Origin: Candidatus Eiseniibacteriota bacterium
GTDB lineage: Bacteria; Eisenbacteria; RBG-16-71-46
DNA length: 64,000 nt
Reading direction: 5' to 3'
Assembly (NCBI GenBank): GCA_044222065.1
Contig: JBGAOA010000001.1
Span: 61,713-125,712 of the forward strand
Positions 48,593 through 58,919 of the stretch are shown in pieces. How positions within the stretch are numbered: the stretch's first letter is position 1; each line of letters opens with the position of its first letter. The position numbers and the translations under genes are program-made. The notes beneath the pieces are model-generated. The model was not told the origin of the DNA. It ran no database searches and saw only the letters and a program-made list of their open reading frames with translations.

Positions 48593-50065
48593 ATGTCCCG
48601 CATGAAGGGAGCGTTGCTGGCGCTCGCCGCCTTCGCGCTCTGCGCCGCGCCCGCCCGCGCGCAGATCGCCGGCCGGCCGTTCGAAATCTCGGGTGGCGCC
48701 GGCTGGTTCAGCCCCGACGAGCGGGCTCGCGTGAAGGAAGGGCCGGCCTTCGGCGGCGCGCTCGCCTACCGCGTGCACCCGGGCTTCACGCTCGAAGCGA
48801 CGGGCCTGTGGGCGCCGGGCACGAGCGACCGCCCGGGCGAAGCCGACCAGAACTTCTCGCGACTCGGCCTCGACTTCCGCTGGGCGCTGCGCCCCTCCGA
48901 AGGCAAGGCGGTGCCGTACGTCACGGCCGGGATGGGTTACGGCCTGAGCCACGGCGGTCCGCTCGCTCCCGAGAAGCAGGAGCGCGGCGCGCCGGCGCTC
49001 GGCCTCGGCCTGCTGCTCAACGTGCTCGATCAGCGCACCTACCTGCGCTTCGAGGCGAAGGACGTGATGTTCCGCGACCGCGGCGTCACCGAGTTCAGCA
49101 ACCACTTCGCGCTCACGGCCGGGATCCAGCGCGTCTACGGCGGCAAGGCGAAGGATCAGGATCTCGACGGCGTGCGCGACTGGAACGACAAGTGTCCGAA
49201 CACGCCGATCGGCGCGAAGGTGGACGCGACGGGCTGCCCGATCGATTCCGACGGCGACAAGGTGTTCGACGGCCTCGACAAGTGCGAGGGCACGATCCGC
49301 GGCTGCACCGTGGACAAGAACGGCTGCCCGACCGACCAGGACCAGGACGGCGTGTGCGACGGCCTCGACCAGTGCGCGGACACGCCGAAGGGCGCGACCG
49401 TGGATTCGAAGGGCTGCCCGAGCGACTCCGACGGCGACGGCGTCTTCGACGGCCTCGACCAGTGCGCGAGCACTCCGGCGGGCGCGAAGGTGGACGACAA
49501 GGGCTGCCCGATCGACTCCGACGGCGACGGCGTCTTCGACGGGCTCGATGCGTGCGAGAACACGCCGGCGGGTCTCAAGGTGGACGCGAAGGGTTGCCCG
49601 ATCGAGCTGATCGAACGCGAGACCGAGCTCCTCGACACCGGCATGATCCGGCTCAACAACGTGAACTTCGAGACCGCGAAGAGCGACATCTTGCCCGAGA
49701 GCTTCCAGACGCTGGACGCGGTCGGCAACCTGCTGCTGCGCTGGCCGCAGCTCAAGCTCGAGATCGGCGGTCACACCGATTCGCGCGGATCGGCCACGGC
49801 GAACCAGAAGCTGTCCGAGGCGCGCGCGAAGGCGGTCGAAACCTACCTGCTCACGAAGTTCCCGGGCTTGAAGGACGCGCAGTACACGCCGAAGGGCTAC
49901 GGCGAGTCGAAGCCGATCGCGCCGAACACGACCGAGGACGGTATGGCGATGAACCGCCGCGTCGAGTTCGTCGTGATGAACAAGGACGTGCTCAAGAAGG
50001 AAATCGAGAAGCGCCGCCTGCTGCAGCAGGGCGAAGCGGCGCCGAGCGACTCGACGAAGAAGTAG
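48593..50065 (+). CDS. OmpA-family outer-membrane protein with thrombospondin type-3 repeats
   Basis: Signal peptide, beta-barrel, five Ca-binding repeats, OmpA_C (VNFETAK, GHTDSRG, NQKLSEARA, GYGESKP, NRRVEF); GAGGAG RBS. Confidence 0.95.
   Translation: MSRMKGALLALAAFALCAAPARAQIAGRPFEISGGAGWFSPDERARVKEGPAFGGALAYRVHPGFTLEATGLWAPGTSDRPGEADQNFSRLGLDFRWALRPSEGKAVPYVTAGMGYGLSHGGPLAPEKQERGAPALGLGLLLNVLDQRTYLRFEAKDVMFRDRGVTEFSNHFALTAGIQRVYGGKAKDQDLDGVRDWNDKCPNTPIGAKVDATGCPIDSDGDKVFDGLDKCEGTIRGCTVDKNGCPTDQDQDGVCDGLDQCADTPKGATVDSKGCPSDSDGDGVFDGLDQCASTPAGAKVDDKGCPIDSDGDGVFDGLDACENTPAGLKVDAKGCPIELIERETELLDTGMIRLNNVNFETAKSDILPESFQTLDAVGNLLLRWPQLKLEIGGHTDSRGSATANQKLSEARAKAVETYLLTKFPGLKDAQYTPKGYGESKPIAPNTTEDGMAMNRRVEFVVMNKDVLKKEIEKRRLLQQGEAAPSDSTKK
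49154..49603 (+). repeat. Five tandem 90-nt coding repeats (TSP3-like)
   Basis: Unit DxDxDGVxDxxDxCxxTPxGxxVDxxGCPx, 30 aa, five copies. Confidence 0.92.
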
Positions 50066-50085
50066 TCGAGGTCGCGACGGGTTCG

Positions 50086-50119
50086 GAACGGGGCGCCGCG
50101 CGGCGCCCCGTTCGCGTTT
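50086..50119 (+). terminator. Terminator after the OmpA gene
   Basis: GAACGGGGCGCCG-CG-CGGCGCCCCGTTC followed by GCGTTT. Confidence 0.65.
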
Positions 50120-50133
50120 GAGGAGGACGCACG

Positions 50134-50592
50134 ATGGAGTGGACGCGCGGCGAGTACGTGCTCACCGACGCGCGCGAGCGCGCCGACGTGGACGTCGTGC
50201 ACGGCTACCTCACGCGCTCGTACTGGGCGGAGGGGATTCCGCGTGCGACCGTGGAGCGCTCGCTCGACCACTCGCTGTGCCTCAACCTGTGGCACGCGCC
50301 CTCGGGGCTCGACGGCGAGGACGCCGCGCACGTCGGATTCGCGCGCGTCGTCTCGGACTTCGCGACCGTCGCCTACCTCGGCGACGTGTACGTGCTCGAC
50401 CCGCACCGCGGCCGCGGATTGTCGCGCTGGATGATGGAGACGCTGAACGCGCACCCGCGCCTTCAGGGGCTCCGGCGCTGGATCCTGCTCACGCGCGACG
50501 CGCACGGGCTCTACGAGAAGTGCGGCTGGACGAAGGTCGCGCGGCCCGATCGCTACATGGAGCGCTGGGACCCGGACGTCTACCGGCGCTGA
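50134..50592 (+). CDS. GNAT-family N-acetyltransferase
   Basis: SYWAEGI, VGFARVVSD, YLGDVYV, HRGRGLS, DAHGLYEKCG; GAGGAGG RBS. Confidence 0.93.
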   Translation: MEWTRGEYVLTDARERADVDVVHGYLTRSYWAEGIPRATVERSLDHSLCLNLWHAPSGLDGEDAAHVGFARVVSDFATVAYLGDVYVLDPHRGRGLSRWMMETLNAHPRLQGLRRWILLTRDAHGLYEKCGWTKVARPDRYMERWDPDVYRR

Positions 50593-50858
50593 CGCGAAGC
50601 GCGCCGGGGCATTCCGCGCGCGCGGCGCGCAGATTTGCGCACGCGCCTCCGGCGGCCGCTCGCACGCTGCACTTCGGCGACGCACGCGGCGCACGAGGCG
50701 GCGAGACCGGGGCCGCGAACGATGCGTCGCCGCTGACGCCGCACGCCGATCCGCAACGTGCGCACGCGCGACTCGCACGGTCGCGCGAACGGCACGCGCG
50801 CTGCAGGGCTTCGTGGTGTCCAGCGCCGCACGCGTCCCCTCCGACACGAGGAACCCTC

Positions 50859-51494
50859 ATGCACGTTCGCCCGTCTCGCACACCGGCGGTCGTTGCGGCC
50901 GCACTCGCGGCCGCACTCGCCCTCCAGGGCTGCGGCAAGAGTTCGCCGCTCGAGCCCGCCCCCGCGGGATCGACCGCGCCTCACGGCGAGGCCTCGCCGC
51001 CGCCGAACGTCCTGCGGGTCGCGCCGGGACCGCTCGCCGAGCCGGGGCAGAATCTCGTCACCCTGCCGCAGCTCCCGCAGCTGCCGCCCGTCGCGCTCGA
51101 CGCCTGGTACCGCGTCGGCCAGCAGGTCGTGGATCCGGCCGTCGGCGCGCTCGTCGAAGGCGGACGCTGCGATCTCGAGGTGCCGTGCGGCGCGACCGCC
51201 GACGCGATGGAGTTCTCGGTCAGCATGCACGACCCGGGACTGCTCGACTTCGAACTCGGGCCGCACGGCACGACGTTCGAGCAGCCGGTCGAGGCCGCGG
51301 TGGACTACTCGGGCACGAACGCCGACCCCGACTCGCCGAACTACGACGGCGCCGTGCCGGCGTTCTTCTGGTACGACGAAGCGAGCGGCGCCTGGGTCGA
51401 GATGCCGGGAGTCGTCGACGCGCGGAACAAGCTCGTGCGCGTGAAGCTCGAGCACTTCTCGCGCTACGCGACCGGGAGCAAGGCGGGCTGGTAG
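50859..51494 (+). CDS. Hypothetical lipoprotein (ZU5-like C-terminal region)
   Basis: Lipobox LQGC; FELGPHGTTFEQPV...W...LEHFSRY. Confidence 0.75.
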   Translation: MHVRPSRTPAVVAAALAAALALQGCGKSSPLEPAPAGSTAPHGEASPPPNVLRVAPGPLAEPGQNLVTLPQLPQLPPVALDAWYRVGQQVVDPAVGALVEGGRCDLEVPCGATADAMEFSVSMHDPGLLDFELGPHGTTFEQPVEAAVDYSGTNADPDSPNYDGAVPAFFWYDEASGAWVEMPGVVDARNKLVRVKLEHFSRYATGSKAGW

Positions 51495-51564
51495 CGGCGC
51501 CGCGCGGAGGGCGCAGGCGACACGGCGGCGCGGACTCCGGTCCGCGCCGCGCGCGTTCCGGCGC

Positions 51565-53142
51565 CTACGTCCGCTGCTTCTTCTTCTCGGCGGCCGGGAA
51601 CAGCACGTTGTTGAGGATCAGCCGGTAGCCGGGCGAGTGCTTGAAGCGCGACAGGTCCGTGGGCGGATCGCCGACCATGTGCTGGTAGTCCTCGGGATCG
51701 TGGCCGCCGAGGAACGTGAACGTGCCGCGGCCGAACTGGCCGTGCAGGTATTTCACCTCGTCCGTGCCCTCGACCTCGGCGAGCGCGAGCACGCCGCTCC
51801 TGAGCTTCGAGCGCCGGAAGCCCGTGCTCTGGCCGAGGAACTCGCGCACCGCGGGCACGTGGTCCTGCACGAGCATCGTCGGCACGGGGTCGTTCTTGGC
51901 CGAGAAGTCGAAGAGCGTGAACCACGTGTTCGGTCCGCGCAGCGACGCGTCCATGGTCACGTCGATGTCCGAGAACTTGTAGAGGAACGGATCCAGTTCG
52001 AGCGTGAAGTCCTTGAACGCGAGCGTGCGGTTGAAGTCGAGCTTCGACTGCGCGGCCGGGTCGAACGGATCGCCGTCGTACACCTCGCCCGCGATGTCCA
52101 CGCCGGCGGCGGCGAGCGCGATGTCGTAGGTGTCGGTCGCCGAGCACATGCCGAACATGAAGCCGCCCTTCGACACGTACTCCTTGATGGCGCCCGCGAC
52201 CGCCGCCTTCAGCTCGGGGACCTTCGCGAAGCCGAGCTTCGCCGCCATCGCGTTCTGGACCGCCTCCTCCTCCTTGTACCAGGGGAACGCGTGGTAGGCC
52301 GCGTAGAACTTGCCGTGCTGGCCGGTGAAGTCCTCGTGGTGCAGGTGCAGCCAGTCGTACTTCGACAGCTCGCCCTTCAGCACCTCTTCGTCCCACACCT
52401 TCTGGTAGGGGATGCGCGCGTACTCGAGCGCGAGCGTCACGGCGTCGTCCCACGGCGGCGTGTTCGACGGGATGTACACCGCGATCTTCGGCGCCTTCTC
52501 GAGCTTCACCGACTCCATGTTCTCGTCGGCGATCGTCGCGCGCAGCTTCGCCTCGTCCGCGCCGCCGATGCGTTCGTAGCCCACGCCGCGCACGTTCGCC
52601 TCGCGTTCGATCGCCTCGTCCTCGGGCAAGAGGAACGAGCCGCCGCGGTAGTTGAGCAGCCACTCGCTCACGACGCCGCGCTCGAGCGTCCAGTAGAGGA
52701 GGCCGTAGGCGCGCAGGTGGTCGCTCTGGGCGTCGTCCATCGGCACGAGCAGCTTCGCGTGCGCGACGGCCGGCGCGAGCGCGAGCGCGAGCGCGCCCGC
52801 GAGCACGAACGCGAGCGGTAGCATCTCGACCACTTCCGCGTACGAGGCGTCGCGCCGCGCGGGCCCGTCGTCCTCTTCGGCACCGCCCTCGCGCGGCGCG
52901 CCTTCGGCGCCGACGGTCCGCGGGCGCGGGCGGTACGAGAACGAGCCCGACCAGGTCTTGACGCCGCGCCCGCGCAGCACGGTGAGCGCGAGCGCGAGCG
53001 CCGCGAGTCCCGCGACCATCACCGCAACGGCGGCGAGCGCGGTGCCGACGATCACGAACGGCGCGAGCAGCGCGCGCACGAGCAGGGGCGCGCGGCGGGC
53101 GCCGCCGAGGCTCGTCGTTCCGTGCAGGTGCCGCGGGTCCAT
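51565..53142 (-). CDS. Conserved exported protein of the family often mislabelled asparagine synthetase B (class-I amidotransferase-like), with an in-frame N-terminal membrane extension; alternative start 52824
   Basis: LLVPMDDAQSDHLRAYG, WLLNYRGGSF, PWDDAVTLALEYA, YDWLHLHHEDFTGQHGKFY, FGMCSATD, GGHDPEDY, SPGYRLILNNVLFPAA. Confidence 0.8.
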   Translation of the reverse strand: MDPRHLHGTTSLGGARRAPLLVRALLAPFVIVGTALAAVAVMVAGLAALALALTVLRGRGVKTWSGSFSYRPRPRTVGAEGAPREGGAEEDDGPARRDASYAEVVEMLPLAFVLAGALALALAPAVAHAKLLVPMDDAQSDHLRAYGLLYWTLERGVVSEWLLNYRGGSFLLPEDEAIEREANVRGVGYERIGGADEAKLRATIADENMESVKLEKAPKIAVYIPSNTPPWDDAVTLALEYARIPYQKVWDEEVLKGELSKYDWLHLHHEDFTGQHGKFYAAYHAFPWYKEEEAVQNAMAAKLGFAKVPELKAAVAGAIKEYVSKGGFMFGMCSATDTYDIALAAAGVDIAGEVYDGDPFDPAAQSKLDFNRTLAFKDFTLELDPFLYKFSDIDVTMDASLRGPNTWFTLFDFSAKNDPVPTMLVQDHVPAVREFLGQSTGFRRSKLRSGVLALAEVEGTDEVKYLHGQFGRGTFTFLGGHDPEDYQHMVGDPPTDLSRFKHSPGYRLILNNVLFPAAEKKKQRT

Positions 53143-53149
53143 GCGTCTC

Positions 53150-54793
53150 CTAGAAGCGCCGCTCGCGGCGGAGCTGGTCCACGCGCCGCCGCACTTCGGG
53201 CGCGTTCCACGCGCGCGGGTAGCGCGCGAGGCACTCCTCGAACTGCGCGAGCGCGCGGCGCGAGTCGCCCTGCGCGAGCAGCGCCTCGCCCGCGCGCTGG
53301 CGCGCGAGCGACGCGAGCCGGTCGCCCGGCAGCGAATCCGCGAGTGACGCGAGCGGGAGGAGTGCGCCCTTCGCGTCGTTCGCGCCGAGCCGCATCTCGC
53401 CGAGCCACACCGCGAGCGTCGCCCACACCGGCCCCTTCGGCAGCGCGCGCACGAGCGAATCGGCGAGCGCCGAGGCGCGCGGGGTGTTCCCGCGCCAGCG
53501 TTCGTACGCGACGGCGCCGGTCGCGAGCTTCGCCGCCGCCGGAGCTTCCTCTTCGAGCAGGTAGAGCCGCTCGAGCGCGGCGCCGGCGTTCGCGCTCGCG
53601 GGATCGGCCGCTGCGCGCGCGTACCACGCGTGCGCCGAGTCGAGCGTGCCGGCGTAGAACAGTCCCTCGGCGTAGCGGAACGCGTGTTCGGGCGAACGCT
53701 CGGCCACGGCCTTGAGCGCCGCGAGCGCGCGCGACGGCGGACCCTCGCGCAGGTCGTTGAGCGCGCGCTCGAGATCGAACTCGACGCCGCCGCTCTCGGC
53801 GCCGAGCACGTCGCGCGCCTCCTTCGCGCGCCCGCCCGCGCTGAGCTCGCGCGCGACCGCGAGCCGCAGGTCCTCGCCCCAGCGCTCGACGCCGAGATCG
53901 CCGAGCGCATCGCGCAGCCTGGGCGCGAGGGCGCGCGACTGGTCGCGCCGCGCGGCGAGGTCCCAGAGCCTTCGGCCCGCTGCGGCTCGGAAGCCGGCGT
54001 CGGCGACGCGGTCGGCGGCGATCGACAGGTACGTCTCGATCGCGGCGCTCGAATCGCGCCCGAGGCCTAAGCCGAGCAGCTCCTCGGCGAACGTCGCGCG
54101 CAGGCGCGCGCGGTTCGCTCCCTCGGCGTCGGTGAGCGCGGCGAGCCCGCTCTTCAAGTCGTTCGCGGCCCAGTCGCGCCGCGCGGATTCGCGCGCGAGG
54201 TCGGCGCGCTCGGGCCGCGCGCGCGATCCGCGCCGAACCGCTTCGCGCACCCCCGCAGCGTCCAGGGCCTCGAGCCGTGCGAGCACGCTGCGCGCCCACG
54301 GCTCGGCGGCGGGGGTCGCGGCCCACGCCTCGAGCGCGATCGCCGCCGCGTCGCGCGGACGCTTCAGGCGCTCGAGCGCCGCGACGAGCGGCTCGGCGAG
54401 CAGCAGCGAGTCCTTCGCGGCGAGCCGCTCGCCGCGCGCGAGGCGCTCGGCCGCGAGCGCGTCGCCCTTCGCGAGCATCAGCGCCGCGAGTTCGCCCGCG
54501 ACGAGCGGGTGGTGCGGCAGCTTCGCGAGCAGCGCGGCGTACGCCGCACGCGACTTCTCGGCTTCGCCGGCCGCGCGCAGGCGGCGCGCCTCGGCGAGTT
54601 CGGCCTGGCGCTCGGGCGGCAGCGGCGCGAACGGGCGCCGCGGCAGCGCGGGATCGCCGGAGGCGGGAACGAGCAGCGGCTGCCCCGGAGTCGCGGGCGG
54701 CACCGTGAAGCTGCGCGGCTGCGCCGCCGCGGCGCCGCAGCTCGCGACGACGGCGGCGGCCGCGAGCGTTCCCGCGAGTCGCCGCCGGATCAC
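53150..54793 (-). CDS. Exported TPR protein
   Basis: C-terminal part of ORF 53150..58108; GTG at 54793 overlaps the upstream stop; signal peptide; ends ALAQFEECLARYPRAWNAPEVRRRV. Confidence 0.8.
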   Translation of the reverse strand: MIRRRLAGTLAAAAVVASCGAAAAQPRSFTVPPATPGQPLLVPASGDPALPRRPFAPLPPERQAELAEARRLRAAGEAEKSRAAYAALLAKLPHHPLVAGELAALMLAKGDALAAERLARGERLAAKDSLLLAEPLVAALERLKRPRDAAAIALEAWAATPAAEPWARSVLARLEALDAAGVREAVRRGSRARPERADLARESARRDWAANDLKSGLAALTDAEGANRARLRATFAEELLGLGLGRDSSAAIETYLSIAADRVADAGFRAAAGRRLWDLAARRDQSRALAPRLRDALGDLGVERWGEDLRLAVARELSAGGRAKEARDVLGAESGGVEFDLERALNDLREGPPSRALAALKAVAERSPEHAFRYAEGLFYAGTLDSAHAWYARAAADPASANAGAALERLYLLEEEAPAAAKLATGAVAYERWRGNTPRASALADSLVRALPKGPVWATLAVWLGEMRLGANDAKGALLPLASLADSLPGDRLASLARQRAGEALLAQGDSRRALAQFEECLARYPRAWNAPEVRRRVDQLRRERRF

Positions 54794-57700
54794 TGCCCGC
54801 CGCCGTTCAGCGACCGCAGGTAGCGCTCGACGAGCGCGCGATACTGCGCCGGGTAGCGATCGGCCTCCGCCTTGAGCAGCGCGAGCCGCAGGCGGTCGTT
54901 CGTGCGGAACAGCTCCGCAGGCAGCGGCGCCGGCGAGGAGCGCGCGACGTCGTCGCCCGAGCGCGACTCGCGCTCGGGATTGAAGTCGCGGCGGTTCACC
55001 GAGCGCTGCGCGTCGAGCAGCCGCGACAGGATGCGCGTCTGCGTCTGCTCGAGGTCGCCGTCGGCGTTCCCGCTCTGCAGCGACTCCTCCGCCTGCTGCA
55101 TGTCCTTCTGCGTCTGGTCGAGGCGGCCGAGCAGCCGGCGCTCGGCCTCGTCCTGCGCCGTGAGCTGCTGCACGCGCTCGCGGATCGCACGCTGCTCCTC
55201 GGCGAGCCGCTGGAGCTCGGCGCGATCGTCGGGCGTGAGCCCCTGCGACTGCTGCGTGAGCCGCTGGGCGATGCGCTGCGTCTGCTGGTTCAGGCGGCTC
55301 TGCCGCTCGCCCGCCTCGCCCATCATGGACTGCATGCCGGACTTCTGGCCGCGCTGGCCCGAACCCGGGTTCTGGCACATCTGCGATTCGCTGTTGCGCA
55401 GCTCGAGCACCGCCTGCGTGAGCGCATCGGCGCCCATGCGGCCAGCCTCCTCGCCGCCCGCGCGGTTGCCTTCGGACATCGCGCGGCCCGAGCGGTCGAG
55501 GTTCTGCATCGCGCGCCCGAGCGCCTCGCCGAGCTGGCGCGAGATGAATGGCGTCTTCGCCGCGAGCGCGTACAGCGAGTCGGCGACGCGGTTCGTGCCC
55601 TCGGCCAGGTCGAGCTGGCGGTCCGCGCGCTGTGAGGGCGCGCCCTGCGACTGCAGGTTGCCCGACACGGCGCGCTGCAGCGACACGAGGTCCTGCGCCG
55701 CGCGCCGCACGGCGGCGAGGTTCTCGCCGCCCTGCGACTGCTGGCGCTGCTGGAGCATGCTCTGCAGCGACTGCTTCGCGCGCGACAGGCTCTGGCTCGC
55801 CTTCTGGCCCTGCTGCTGCGCCGCACGGTTCTGCTGGCGCTCGGCCGACTCGGACGCCTCCTGCTGCTGCTGCGCGGCCTGTTCGCCCAGCTCCTCGGCG
55901 GCCTCGTCGAGCTGCTGCTGTTCGGCCGAGTTCTGCATCTCGGAGGCGAGCTGCTTCGTCTCCTCGGCGAGCTTGCGGCTCTCGTCCGCCGCCTTCGCCT
56001 GCTCCTCGGCGCGCTTCGACGCCTCGTCGGCGTTCGACTGCGAATTCGGGTCCGGGTGCTCCGCGCGGTCGCCGTGCCGGTCGTTCAGCGCGTTCTGGCG
56101 CTTCTCGAGCTCCTCGGCCTTTTGGCCGAGCGCGGCGAGCTTCTCTTCGTTGCGCAGCTCCTTCATGAGCTCGAGCGTGCGCTCGAGGTTCTTGAGCAGG
56201 TCCTTGTTCTCTTCGCGCCACTGCTGGAGGTTGCGATCCATCGCCTCGCGGTCCATGCGCTCGAGCGCCTGCTTCATGCGCTCCATCGCCTGCTTCAGCT
56301 CGGGCGACTCGATCTCCTTCATGAGCTTCGACAGCTCGTCCAGCTTGCGCATCAGCTCCTGGTCGTACGCGCGGCGCTCGGCCGCCTTCTCCAGGCTCTC
56401 CTTCAGGTCCTTCGCCGCCTCGCCGAGCTTCTGCGACAGGTCCTGCTGGCGCTCGAGCGAGGTCTTCAGTTCCTCGCGGCGCTCGAACGAACTCGCGTTC
56501 GACGGCTGCGCGCGATTCGGCGCCGCCTGGCGCTGCAGCTTGTCGAGCGACTTCTGCAGCTCGCGCGCCTTGTCGGCGAGCGACTCGATCGTGGTCTGCA
56601 CCTGCGAGTGCTCGCGGTCGATCGCGTCGTAGAGGTCGGCGAGCGAGGGGAAGCGCAGCGTGAACTCGGGGCTCGTCGCGCGTCCGCGCCCGAACGCGTT
56701 GTTGTCGTAGAGCGCGAAGCGGAACGTCGCGGATTCGCCGGGCAGCAGGCCGAGGCCCGAGGCGTCCCAGCGCGAGGCGACCTGAGCGTCGCGCGGCGCG
56801 CCGGGGAAGTTCGCGAGCGGCGCGCGATGCCACGCGCCGTCGCCCTTCTTCACTTCCAGTTCGAGCGTCGAGAGCCCGAGGTCGTCCTGGCCGAGCACTT
56901 CGAGCGGCACGAGCTGCCCCTCGGGCAGGTCGAGGTCGCCTTCCGGTGTGCGCACCGCGAGCACGGGCGGCGCGTCCTCGAGCGCCCGCACCGGCCACGA
57001 CAGCGTCGCCGAGCCCGACGCCGCGGTCGCGCGCAGCGTCCAGCGCCCGTCGCGCGCGATCGGCACCGCGACGCGCCAGCGTCGCGCGCTCACGGCCTCG
57101 GTCGTCGCGCGCGCGCCGCCCGGCAACTGCGCCTCGAGCGCCGTCAGGTCGCGGTCGAACATCACCTCGACGACCGCCTGCGCGCCGCGCAGCGCCGCGA
57201 GGTCGCCGCGCGTCGCGCTCGTGCGCTGCACGGGCAGCCGCGCGTACGCCGGCGAGCGCGTCTCGACGTCGAAGCTCAGCGCGCGCGGTTCGCCGGCGAG
57301 CGCGATCGTGTAGCGCGGGCTCCGGGTCGTGAGTGCGCGCACGCGGTACGCGCCTGTTCGCGCGTGAGCGAGCCGAGGTCGAAGCGCCGCACGCGCTCGC
57401 CGCGAGTGCCGGCGCCTTCCGCGACGGCGGCGAGGTCGGCGACGCGCTCGCGCTCGAGCGCCGGCGCCTTGTCGCTGCCCCACACGCGCGCCCGCACCGA
57501 CGGCGAGGCCTTGGCGAGATCGTCACGTTTCCCGGTTCGACGACGAGCCGCACGGGCGGGGCCGCGAGCGCGGGATTCCACAACGACCGCCACGCGCGTT
57601 CGGTGCGCTGCGGCAGCACGGCCGCGGCGACGAGCAGCGCGGCGAACGCTATGCCGGCGGTCGCGAGCGGACGCAGCGGCGCGACGCGCGGCCGCAGCGA

Positions 57701-58108
57701 TTCGATCGCGACGCCGTCGAGCCGCCGCACCGTCTCGTCCGAGAGCGCCGCGGCGAGCTCGGCCGAGGTGTGCGCCGGGGGCGTGCGTTCGAGGTCGAGC
57801 GCGTTGCGGAGCCACGAACGCACGGCGGGAAACGCCGTCTCGACGTCCTCGAGGAAGCGCTCGAAGCCCGGGTTCGCGCGGACGACCGCGCGTGCCGCGC
57901 CGAGGGCCGCCGCGGACGTGGCGAGGGCGAACAGCGCGAGCCGAAGCGTCGCCGCGCCGGGCCCCGCGGGGAAGGCGACGCCGACGAGCACCGCGAGCGC
58001 GAGCGCGACGGCGGCGATCGCGAAGGCCCGCAGCGAATGTCGCGCGACGAGCGCGCGGCGCAGCGCGTCGTGATGGCGGGCGAGGTGTCGGCCGAGCGAG
58101 CCCTTCAC
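54790..58108 (-). CDS. DUF4175-like membrane-anchored coiled-coil protein (at least two frameshifts near 57510 and 57355)
   Basis: N-terminal TMs and LRNALDL; Ig-like middle (PAYARLP, DAPPVL, DDLGL, LLPGE, ALYDNN); Q/E-rich coiled coil; ends ILSRLLDAQRS...YPAQYRALVERYLRSL. Confidence 0.8.
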
Positions 58109-58145
58109 GCGGATTCTCCCGCGCGGACCCCCGGAGCCGGTGCGA

Positions 58146-58919
58146 TCAGTGGGTCAGCGCGTACTGGACGATGTTGAGCGCCATCTTCATGGCCGCTTCA
58201 CGCTTCTCGGCGGGATCCTTGTGGACTTCGGCGTCCTCCAGACCGTCACCGAGGTCGGCGTCGAACGTAAAGAGTACGGCGAGCCTTCCGCCCCGGACAA
58301 TGCCGAAGGCGCGCGCCGGGCCGCCGTCGTGCTCGTGAATCTTGGGCAGCCCGGATTCGAAGTCGTGAAGCTGATGAAAAATCGGGTGAGTGAAGGGCAG
58401 CTCGAGCAGCGGCGAGTCGGGGAAGAGCTTCTTCATCTCGCGCCGGAACGAGGGCTCGATCCCGAAGTCGTCGTCCACCCACAAGAACCCGCCGGCGTCC
58501 ACCCAACGGCGCAGGTTGGCCGCCTCGGTCGCCGTGAACTTCACGTTGCCGTGGCCGCACGCGAACGCGAACGGGTACGAGAACAGCGCGGCGGACGCGG
58601 GCTCGACGATCGCTTCCTGCGTGCCCGCGACGGGAATCGTCGTGCGCTCGCGCACCGCCCGCAGCAGGTTCACGAGCGACGTGCGGTCCTCGTACCAGTC
58701 GCCGCCGCCGCCGTACTTGAGCCGCGCGATCGAGAACTCGCGAGCACCCGGGGGCGGCGCGTCCGCGCGCGCGACGTCGATGAGCGCGGCGAGCGAGAGC
58801 ACGAGCGCGGCCGCCGCGGCGGGCCAAATGCCCCGAAACGGCGCGAGCGCCGCGGTCGGGACCGCGGCGCTCGTCCGGAAGCTCGGGGCGTCGGTGGGAT
58901 CGCGACGCGGATCGCTCAT
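58146..58919 (-). CDS. DUF4159-domain protein
   Basis: IARLKYGGGGDWY, YPFAFACGHG, GGFLWVDDD, HPIFH, LPKIHEHDG, DLGDG, NIVQYAL. Confidence 0.88.
   Translation of the reverse strand: MSDPRRDPTDAPSFRTSAAVPTAALAPFRGIWPAAAAALVLSLAALIDVARADAPPPGAREFSIARLKYGGGGDWYEDRTSLVNLLRAVRERTTIPVAGTQEAIVEPASAALFSYPFAFACGHGNVKFTATEAANLRRWVDAGGFLWVDDDFGIEPSFRREMKKLFPDSPLLELPFTHPIFHQLHDFESGLPKIHEHDGGPARAFGIVRGGRLAVLFTFDADLGDGLEDAEVHKDPAEKREAAMKMALNIVQYALTH

Noticed and set aside
49154..49603. Regular 90-nt repeats resembling an array
   Set aside because: In-frame TSP3 coding repeats of the OmpA protein; no repeat-spacer structure and no cas genes.
53150..58108. 1652-aa ORF as one giant protein
   Set aside because: Its ends belong to two genes (DUF4175 N-terminus and TPR protein) linked by off-frame read-through after a frameshift.
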